A DNA stretch of 64,000 nt, taken from Octopus sinensis. Taxonomy: Eukaryota. The notes under the pieces are model-generated. The model was given only the letters and a program-made list of their open reading frames with translations, was not told the origin of the DNA and did not search any database. Each line of letters begins with the position of its first letter. Positions within the stretch are counted from its first letter, which is position 1. Below, piece by piece: positions 54,049 to 64,000 of this stretch. The translations under genes were made by a program, and so were the position numbers. The stretch covers positions 53,010,001 to 53,074,000 of the forward strand of contig NC_043003.1 in NCBI RefSeq assembly GCF_006345805.1. The letters run 5' to 3'.

Positions 54049-54414
54049 CGTGTCTCTTCTATTTTTTAATTATAATAAATCTTCCACGGAAGAGGGAGCC
54101 GGTTTCCAACAAAGATACAAGGCTCCATCTTTGAGATGTAGTTAACAGACAAATTCACATTTGGAACTTGAGAAAAGTCTTGCATATTTTTACTGTTCCA
54201 CTCACAGCTTGGACTTGTAATGTACGGATCAGCCAGTCAATTTCTCTTTCTGAAAATCCCAGTTTATTCAGATTCTCCTTTAAGCATTTACTAGCAAAAC
54301 CCAGTGCTCCAATTATTATTGGTATGAATATGAATTCATAGTCTGGATATAGAAGCTGGAGGTTTCGAAGCAGTTGTCCATAGATATCCTCATAGCTAAC
54401 CTCTATGATGGCAC

Positions 54415-54415
<1 letters not shown>
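54049..54415 (-). mobile_element. Divergent RLE-type (R4/Dong-like) LINE 3' end inserted in (CATA)n
   Basis: CAIIEVS...YGQLLRNLQLLYPDYEFIFIPIIIGALG...LQVQAVSGTVKICKTFLKFQM* plus ~105-nt 3' UTR; (TATG)n on both sides. Confidence 0.8.
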
Positions 54416-54445
<30 letters not shown>

Positions 54446-55215
54446 TGTATGTATGCATGTATGTATGTATGTATGTATGTATGTATGTATGTATGTATGT
54501 ATGTATGTATGTATGTATGTATGTATGTATGTATGTATGTATGTATGTATGCATGTATGTATGTATGTATGTATGTATGCATGTATGCATGCATGTATGT
54601 ATGTATGTATGTATGTATGTATGTATGTATGTATGCACGCATGTATGCATGTATGTATGTATGTATGTATGCATGCATGTATGTATGTATGCATGTAGGT
54701 ATGCATGTATGTATGTATGTATGTATGCATGCATGTATGTATGTATGCATGTAGGTATGCATGTATGTATGTATGCATATATGCATGTATGTATGTATGT
54801 ATATATGTATGCATGCATGCATGTATGTATGTATGTATGTATGTATGTATGTATGTATGTATACATGTAAGTATGTATGTATGTATGCATGTATGTATGC
54901 ATGTATGTATGCATGTATGTATGTATGTATTATGTATGTATGTATGTATGTATGTATGTATGTATACATGTAAGTATGTATGTATGTATGCATGTATGTA
55001 TGCATGTATGTATGCATGTATGCATGTATGTATTATGTATGTATGTATGTATGTATGTATGTATGCTTGTATGTATGTATGTATGTATGTATGCATGTAT
55101 GTATGTATGTATGCTTGTATGTATGTATGTATGTATGTATGCTTGTATGTATGTATGTATGTATGTATGTATGTATGCATGCATGTATGCTTGTATGTAT
55201 GTATGTATGTATGCA
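54416..55215. repeat. ~800-bp (TATG)n array with CATG/TAGG/CTTG variant units
   Basis: Read directly from the sequence. Confidence 0.95.
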
Positions 55216-55648
55216 TCTGTGTTTGTGTTTGTGTTTGTATGTGTTAGAAAGCGGAGTAAGTAAATTTGTTTGTTATACGCACACATATACATTTACATGT
55301 TTGTGTAAGATTTAATAGGACTATTTCTCTCTGTAATTTAATTGTGTGTATATTCATTGAATCATCTGCATTGAACCATTCTGATTATTTTCATTAGATG
55401 TGCTTATATAAATAAGCTCGTGTTACGGTTCTATTTTTTTGTTAAGTATACATAAGAAAAGAAGACTGGTGGTCGTTGTTTTTTGTTATTGTCGTTGTTG
55501 TTCTGTTTTATATATTCATTAATATTTTTCAATGCCAACAATGAATTTCGGTTTGGGGGAGAAACAGGGTACGAAAGCTAAGAGGCTTATAAACAGCATA
55601 AATGGTATGAAGACAGAAAATAAAAGTGAGAAAGGGAAAGAGAGAGAT

Positions 55649-55687
<39 letters not shown>

Positions 55688-55892
55688 TGAGAGAGAGAGA
55701 GAGAGAGGGGGGAGAGTATAGATATATGAAGGTTCATATGAGGGAAAGGAAATGAAAATAAAGGAATATATAGACAAGATTTTCGTATGTGTCTGTGTCT
55801 GAGTTTGTGTGCGAATATATAGGTAAGTACATGTATGTATGTATGTATGTTTGCATGCATGCATATGTATGTGTGTATGTATGAAAATATGA

Positions 55893-55939
<47 letters not shown>

Positions 55940-56006
55940 TGTATAAATACATACAAATGTATATATATATTCATATGTGTACACACACACACACCACACA
56001 CACACA

Positions 56007-56040
<34 letters not shown>

Positions 56041-56870
56041 TCATGCTTTTACATTAGTTTGCCGAAGCGTGAGTTGCTGCGGACCGAACCCTTATCTGAG
56101 TTTTATATCTAAGCACATGCAATCTCCTCGCTCGCACTCACTCCTACTCTCAAGACACACATAAACGCACGCGTGCGCATTGCATACACACACGTAGACA
56201 CACACACACACACACATGTACATAAGTAAAGTTTGAGTAAGAAATACAGGTAGGTATATACTAGAGAAGAAAGAGAGAAGAGAGAGAGAGAGGTGGGGAG
56301 ATTTGACAGAGGCGTAAGAGAAGAAAATGAATTACTGGATGGAACAAAAGAGATATTCAACCGGTCGTAAATTGGTTTTTATCTTAACAGCGTAAGTAAC
56401 TCCCATAATGATTTTAGCTATGTATACACAATTCTATTCACAGAATTGTGCGGTAAACCAAGCCTTAGTGTTTTCTCAAATGATTGTTAACTTACAAATA
56501 GTTTTTATTCCTCTTATTGTCCTTACGATTCAATCTTGTCAATAAGTACATGCCTCTCTGCTATTTCTCTTTAACATTATCGTATTTGTTTAAAACATCT
56601 ATTCGCTCGCTGTACTCTGCGGTATTATTGTCGTGAAGTGATTATAGTTGACGTCTAATCGATACCTTCATTCGTATTCATTGATGTTTCCATTCTCTCA
56701 GTCAATTAGTACTGGACAACCCTTCGACGAGACATTTTATTCGGCTCCAAACAACTGTGTTTGAATTTATTCTACATCTGAAAGTCTAAAATTAGCAAAA
56801 AAAATACATATTGAAAATGACTTGCTTACATACATACATATATATATATATTATATATATATAATATATA

Positions 56871-56954
<84 letters not shown>

Positions 56955-57162
56955 TGTATGTATGTATGTATTGTATATATATATATATATATATTGTGTC
57001 TGGGGAGAGTCGTTCCGTTTTGATGCCTTATTAATTAACACACTCACCGGTTCGATTTACACTCGTTTATTTATTTTTAAAATTTTCGACGCTTCTTGCA
57101 ACCTCTTCAAAGTCGTTGTATACACACACACACACACACACACACAATGGATATATATATAT

Positions 57163-57196
<34 letters not shown>

Positions 57197-57212
57197 TATA
57201 TATGTATGTATG

Positions 57213-57249
<37 letters not shown>

Positions 57250-57338
57250 ATATATATATATATATATGTATAATATATATGAATACATATGTATGTATGT
57301 ATGTATATATTATATATATGCGTGCATATATATATGTG

Positions 57339-57379
<41 letters not shown>

Positions 57380-57398
57380 ATATATATATATATGTATG

Positions 57399-57437
<39 letters not shown>

Positions 57438-59574
57438 TCATTGCTCCTTAAGGGCGCTAACGAGTTACGCTGCATTAAAGGATATCCTTTTAATATACTT
57501 CTCGTATATGTGTGTGTGTGTATATACATATAAATATATATATACTCACACATACACCCATATACACGCATTAGTGTGTGTGTTTGTGTGTGTGTGTGCG
57601 TGCATGAGTGTATAGAATAGAATTCAAGTAATCTGGGGATAGTTTGCCTTAACAAGACTTACACACATACAGACAAACACACACACACGTACACACACAT
57701 ACGTATGTATATTATTATCAGAGGATAGTTACGTTTATATCTCATGTGAATATATACAATCCTTTATGTACGTGTGTGTGCATAAATACGTATATACACG
57801 CACATACACCCCCCCCCCCACCACACACACATTAGCATGAGCGTATGTTAAGTTGGCATCCAAACGACGCGCTTTCTGGATTAGTCCTGTGCATGGCATG
57901 TCGGCAAGTGTCCGTTGTTATAAGCAATTACATGGAATGACATGCGGCTTGTGAGTAAAGTTAGTTTACGGAAACGTTGTGGAAGCCTGTTGTACAATTG
58001 CGTATGTGCACGCGCGCGTGTGTTTGCGTGTGCGCGCACTTACGTCGTGACGTTCGTGTTTATCTCTCACGTCTTGACAACTGGTGTTTGTTTTGTGTCT
58101 CTGTAATTTTGAAGCTCATCAAAAATAAATGGAGTAAGTAATAGAATTTGAAATTAAGACTGCAGGTTTATCTATACATGCATATATATATGTATACATA
58201 CACGAATTCATTCACATGTTCACAGATCCAAGGAGCTGTCTTGACTAACAAAATATAAAAAAAAGAAAGAAAGAAAAGATCCTTGTCGTTTTTTTTTTTG
58301 TTTTTTTTTTTACTGACTGACTTGAATTCTGCAAAAGAAAACGAAACCAATCTCAGAAGGGATCACACCGCCTCTAACCCCTTGGTTAAATAGCTTTCTA
58401 TCAATCGCACTATCAAAGAGTATATTGCTTGAGATTTTTCTGTGCCTTATTCTATCAACTCCAAGGTTCAGTTTTATCTCTAATCTCTTCCTTTTATGAA
58501 CTAATTGCAGGTACTTCCAACAACCCCCACCTAAAACGCTATTCCTCATCCTTCCCTAACATTTTCTAACCGTGCATCATACACCTGCGACCAAATCCGC
58601 ACTGATTCAAGGAGCAGAAAAGCATCCCTCGATATTGTATGCCATTTCTTGACTCTCTCAAAAACAAGAGAACACAAACGCTACTGAAATATATTTAAAA
58701 AATATAACATAATCCCAATCTTCCTCAATTAATCATGAACCGCACACAAACGGAGCTTCTCGGTCGCACCAAGCGTTGGGAATCACTATAGTAGATTTCT
58801 CAGCGAAAGCACACTTTTAACATCGCAGGAATTGTATCCCATCGGCAGGCCCTTCTCGTCTTCTCTTCAGAGTCTGAAGATACTTTAACACCCAACAATT
58901 ATTGATCCTCTTCAAAGTTCAGACGAGGCCTGGAATGGAGTATTGTTTTCACGCCTGGGAAGTTTGTAGTGAAGCGGATAGCTGTGGACACGTGTTTCTT
59001 CCTTAATAGACATCATCAGTTTCCGCACCTTGACACTACAACAGATATAAAACTCACACACACATACACACACACACGAACGCATGCATCCGTACATACA
59101 CACACACAGCATGCACACGTACACACATGCGCGCGCGCGTATATACACGTAAAGGCATAAATAATGGGCTTTACACATTTGTTTATTGAGCATCGTAGAC
59201 ATCCAGCTATTTCTGATATGCCTTCTAGGTGCGGTTATAGTTCCGCTTACACAATCGCGGATTATGAAGACGATGATATTTGAAGTCGTTCAATTTTTTA
59301 AATAGATGAATCGATCGATTGAGTAAAGAGAATTATGAAAGCACCTAAAACGCACGTTATAAAAAGACGAAGGTCTACGATCGAAAATAAATAAAAGTGT
59401 AAAGGCCTGGGGAATGCAACCATGAAATTAGAAAGTGGACTGGTGATTGACATCGACTTCGGGTTTTACATCAGAGTTACCTGGAGCTCTGTACCAAACC
59501 TTTTGTTAGCCTGCTGTATTTGTATTAGTAAAAAAACTTTTTACCCGAATTGATAATCCCTTACTAATAACTCC

Positions 59575-59661
<87 letters not shown>

Positions 59662-59689
59662 GTGTGTGTGTGAGTGTGCGTGTGCGTAT

Positions 59690-59835
59690 ATGTATTTCCT
59701 CGTGTTCCTTTCTGTTGAAGAGCGTATGCTCGAAACGTAAAAGATTTTCTCACCTTCTCGAGCGTCAAACTAATACACCTGCTTGTTGTTGATACACCTG
59801 TCTTCGTCTTTTGTTTTTCTGTAAAATTCAACAAT
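59690..59835 (+). mobile_element. Short Penelope-terminal-like unit with a minimal hammerhead motif (59708-59743)
   Basis: CTTT-CTGTTGA-A-GAGC-GTAT-GCTC-GAAAC-GTA-AAAG; downstream gagcgtc...taatac is shared with ~17465. Confidence 0.6.
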
Positions 59836-59957
59836 ATATATATACATACATACATACATACACACACACACATATATATATATATATATGTATGTATATA
59901 TGTATGTATATATGTATATATATATGTGTGTCTGTATATATATATATATATATATAT

Positions 59958-60075
59958 AGTTAATCCAAACAAGAAAACACAGAAAAAAAGAGAAAAAAGG
60001 AGAAAAAAAACACAGCAACGCAGGACGTGGAACAATTAAAGTATTATTGACGCTCAGGAAAGAAGGGAAGAGAGG
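59958..60075 (-). mobile_element. Inverted partial copy of the same short family
   Basis: Reverse complement ttcctgagcgtcaataatactttaattgttccacgtcctgcgttgctg matches 17460-17510. Confidence 0.6.
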
Positions 60076-60139
60076 ACGAAAGAGATAGATAGATTAGATA
60101 TACATACACATACACACAAATACATCTATCTTTTATGTT

Positions 60140-60330
60140 TTTTATTTACTTCAATTATTTCACTGCGGCCATGCTGAGGCACCACCTTGAAGAGACTTAG
60201 TCCAATAAGTCGAGCCCAGGACTTCCTTTTTTAAGCTGAAACACTTATTTTATCGGTGTCTTTTGTAGAACCGCTCAGCTACGGGGACATAAACAGACCA
60301 AAATCGATTTTCAAGCGGTGGTGGGAGACA

Positions 60331-60361
<31 letters not shown>

Positions 60362-60530
60362 CGCACACACATATTTGTTTATATTTGACGGCTTCTTACA
60401 GATTCCGTCTACCAAATCCACTCCCGAGGTTATAGTAGAAGTCACTTGGCCTAGGTTCCACACAGTGGAACTGAACCCGAAGTCATATGGTTCGGAAGCA
60501 TGCTTCTTACCACACAACCGCGCCTGCACC
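60140..60530 (-). mobile_element. SINE family B
   Basis: gtggaactgaacccg...cttcttaccacacaacc is the reverse complement of the family B head. Confidence 0.8.
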
Positions 60531-61336
60531 TGTAATCTATATGTATGTATATTTTATAGGTTTGTATACTTAAATGCATTAAACAAAAACTGACACAAGG
60601 ATTCGATAGTGCCAGAAACAAAATATTTTCGAAGGTTGACCGACTGGCAAACATGTCAGGGATAGACGATATCTGTTTGCCTGTAAGTTATTATCATTTT
60701 TAAGTCAATGGACATATAAAATTGCTGGCTTAGGAAACTTCTGGTGTAAATATCTTACAGTATTTTTTATTATGTATCACATTGAAATCAAGCTACAAAA
60801 TGGTCTGCGTCCGAGTAGTCGTTATATAATAAGCTTAATTAAATCGATTACACTCATCATCTATCTATTTTCTCTTTTTTTTCCCCCTATACAAGAAATG
60901 ATAAATTATTTAATGTTCTACTTCTATTCAACCGTCAGCCCTATCTATATGCATATATGTTTAGCGCTCGGTGAGCCGTGCTATATAGGTTTTAATTAGC
61001 ATTGTACAGCGTCAGTTACCTTTAAATGAAGGTTTGACACCCTAGAATTTTGACAAAAGATGACCTTTTTTCGTGTTTGTCTTTCATAATGACTTTAGAA
61101 GTTGTCCTAAGAAAGAGATGTGTTCCACTCACCCGATAACGCGACCCATTTTCGACCTTTGTTTATTTTTGTAATTGTTTTCCGTAATTATTTTTCTACG
61201 TTCAACCAAACAATATTCACAAAAAAAAAGCATGTATATCACTATATATAATTTCTTTTCTCTTAGAAAACGTAATTCAGTAGGCTTAAACCGCTGTTCA
61301 CCCGAATTAAAGGTCATTAACACATTTCCTTTGATA

Positions 61337-61550
61337 AGGCGGCGAGCTGGCAGAATTGTTAACGCGCAAGGCGAAACGCTTAGCGGTAATTCGTCTGTCT
61401 TTACGTTCTGAGTTCAAATTCCGCCGAGGTCGACTTTGCCTGTCATCCTTTCGGGGTCGATAAATTAAGTATCAGTTGCGTACTGGGGTCGATCTAATCG
61501 ACTGGCCCCATCCCCCAAAATTTCGGGCCTTGTTCCTAGAGTAGAAAAGA
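61337..61550 (+). mobile_element. SINE family A, well-preserved monomer
   Basis: aaggcggcgagctggcagaa...gagttcaaattccgccgaggtcgactttgcc...gggccttgttcctagagtagaaaaga. Confidence 0.9.
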
Positions 61551-61899
61551 AACACATTTCCTTTGATTTTACGTTGTAAAATAAAACTGTAAAGAAATAT
61601 AAAAAAAACAAAAACAATCCTAATAAAATCTGTTCTGAATCGATTCGTACAAATATAGACTTCAAACTTTACTGTAGTGTCTCCATTATATAGATCAGGC
61701 CTGGATAACCTCTTGCGACATTGCTCATTAACTGGCAGGCCGCATTACTAAAACATTTTCAAGACAATTTTTCGTTGGCGTGCCCAGGTTGCAGTTTGCC
61801 TCTGACTAGTATTGATATTGTGAACATTTCAAATATTAGTATTTGAAATTACTACTTGACAAAAAGAAAACATATATTACTGTTAATCATATATCACAA

Positions 61900-62192
61900 A
61901 ATGGAGGCACATGGCCTAGTGGTTAAAGCATCGGACTCGGGATCGCGGGTTCGAATCTCAGACTAGGCGATGTGTGTGTTTATAAGCGAAACACCTAAAC
62001 TTCACGCGGCTCCGGCAGAAGGTAATGGCGAACTTCTGCTGACTCTTTCGCCACAACTTTCTCTCACTCTTTCCTCTTGCAGCTCACCTGCGACGGACCG
62101 GCGTCCCGCCCAGGTGGGGAACCTATACGCCAAGGAAACCGGGAAACCGGCCCTATGAGCCAGGTGTGGCTCGAGAAGGAGTAAACAACAAC
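61900..62192 (+). mobile_element. tRNA-derived SINE related to family C
   Basis: tggcctagtggttaa (A box), ggttcgaatct (B box); tail gaaaccgggaaaccgg is shared with 33290. Confidence 0.8.
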
Positions 62193-62219
62193 ATATATTA
62201 GGAAAATGAATACTATTAT

Positions 62220-62597
62220 TCTTTTCTACACTAGGCACAAGGCTCGAAATTTTGGGGCCAGTGGATTAGATGGACTGGTACTTAATTTATGGTACTTAAT
62301 TTATCGACATCGAAAGGATAAAAGGCAAAGTCGACCACGGCGAAATTTGTACTCAGAACGTAAAGACGACGAAACACCTATTTCTTTACTGCTCACAAGG
62401 GGCTACAAACAAGGATAGACAAACGGATTAAGTCGATTATATCGACCCCAGTGTGTAACTGGTACTTAATTTATCGACCCCAAAAGGTTGAAAAGCAAAG
62501 TCGACCTCGGTGGAATTTGAACTCAGAACGTAACGGCAGACGAAGTACGGCTACGCATTTCGCCCGGCGTGCTAACGATTCTGCCAGCTCGCCGCCG
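62220..62597 (-). mobile_element. SINE family A, dimeric form
   Basis: Two copies of the core separated by a taatccgtttgtct...gtaaagaaatagg linker. Confidence 0.85.
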
Positions 62598-62830
62598 TTC
62601 CAAGTAATACTATTATTGATTATCTCGTGTTCTACTTGTTTTGCCTCTCTTTCTCTGATACAGCCAAACATTGCAACATGTATTACTATTTTGTGATTTA
62701 TATACTTTTGCTTCAAAAACCAAGTTTCGTCTATCTCACGATTCTTTCACACATATTGAACTATAAAGACATTGTTTAGCAACTGGACTCTGTACTTTCT
62801 TTCTATATTAAACTGTTGTTATTAAATAAT

Positions 62831-63047
62831 AATTGCAGCGTGGAAGGTGTTTATAAACCATTTAAGAAACACACAAAATCGTTGGATTCACTTCAACATT
62901 CAAATTTGCACGAAGTTTTGTCAGTGAACAGGTCGCGGTCTCAAAGCGACGAAAATATTTTGACAAATTAAATTTAAATGTTGAAGTGAATCTAACGGTT
63001 TTTGTGTGTTTCTTAAATGGCTTATAAACACCTTCCACGTTGCAATT
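62831..63047. mobile_element. Foldback/MITE-like element with ~77-bp inverted arms
   Basis: aattgcagcgtggaaggtgtttataaaccatttaagaaacacacaaaa...ttttgtgtgtttcttaaatggcttataaacaccttccacgttgcaatt. Confidence 0.85.
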
Positions 63048-63410
63048 GTTTTCGTTCCAGCACACGATCTCAGATCAAGTCACTCGCTATGCAAGTACAT
63101 CTCCGTAATATTAAATAATGATTTCTCATTTATTCATTCATATTTTGATAATAATTCATCACCTATATAGTTATGGACTCAACTTTCTACTGTCATCATT
63201 ATTGTCATCATGTTTATCGTCATCATCACCGTCGTCGTTATTATAATCATCATCATCATCATCATCACCATCATACTACTACTACTACTACTACTACAAC
63301 AACAACCACCACCAACACCATACATCATCGTAATCATCTCAATAATTCTGTTTTCATAAGAACGGAACTTAATTTATATTTAGCATTTCATATTGAGTAC
63401 TCCCTCTTTT

Positions 63411-63449
<39 letters not shown>

Positions 63450-63738
63450 GTCTCTTCTCTGTCTCTGTCTCTCTGTCTCTCTCTCTCTGTCTCTCTCTTC
63501 CGATTCGTTTTATCCTTCTTCTTTTCTCTCTCATTTTCGTCCTCGTTTATTTTATCGTATTTTCTTTCTCTATTCAACGTCTCTTTATATCTGTATTTTT
63601 CCACATTTTCTTCCATTTACTCCACCCCACCTTCTATCTCGCTTTTTTCACCCTCTCTCATATAAATATATGTGTGTGTATGTGTGTGTGTGTGTGTATT
63701 TGTGTGTGTGTGTATGTGTGTGTGTGTGTGTGTGTGTG

Positions 63739-63774
<36 letters not shown>

Positions 63775-64000
63775 GTACAAGTGTGTCTTTATGTGTAGTG
63801 TTACATGTGTGTGTCTTGTATCTATTCTTACTTAACAAAGAACCAGAACAGATATCGCACAGCATCTAATAATTCTACCAATTCATTGTCTTGCATTGGT
63901 TCTTTATTCTTTGTTGGAAAATGATATTTTATTCTATTTCATTTTCGCTTAATACACTGATTAATGCTATGCTACTTTATAAATGTTTGCAGATACAACA

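Noticed and set aside
54155-55216. 353-aa ORF, the longest in the track
   Set aside because: About 265 aa are (CATA)n translation (HTYI repeats); only the C-terminal part is LINE-derived
61900-61970. tRNA-like A and B boxes, here and in other SINE heads
   Set aside because: No full cloverleaf; each continues into a SINE body
1-64000. CRISPR arrays, operons or other prokaryotic systems
   Set aside because: The sequence is eukaryotic; repeats are microsatellites and TEs with no repeat-spacer periodicity

Overview
AT-rich, repeat-dense eukaryotic DNA. The SINE families and microsatellite load suggest a coleoid cephalopod, probably Octopus; this is an inference. No intact multi-exon gene can be built, and most long ORFs in the track are microsatellite translations. 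Bases 1-16.7 kb and 26.2-28.9 kb are stacks of decayed Dong/R4-clade non-LTR retrotransposons (RT, CCHC knuckle, restriction-like endonuclease), all on the minus strand and mostly bounded by (TAA)n. These stacks also hold three copies of a ~550-bp non-coding unit with fixed ends whose 5' part resembles a very diverged 5S rRNA, making it a candidate (TAA)n-targeted SINE3-like parasite. Other elements: a Penelope-like GIY-YIG remnant with a hammerhead motif, two further degenerate minimal hammerheads in short (TA)n-embedded units, an RTE fragment, a hAT/Charlie MITE with an 8-bp TSD, a divergent RLE-LINE in (CATA)n, foldback elements and many tRNA-derived SINEs. A repeat-poor island at ~38.6-40.8 kb has promoter-like motifs and a clean 36-nt + strand exon candidate; another + strand exon candidate lies at 51.5 kb. 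Repeat boundaries were set by eye and are approximate.
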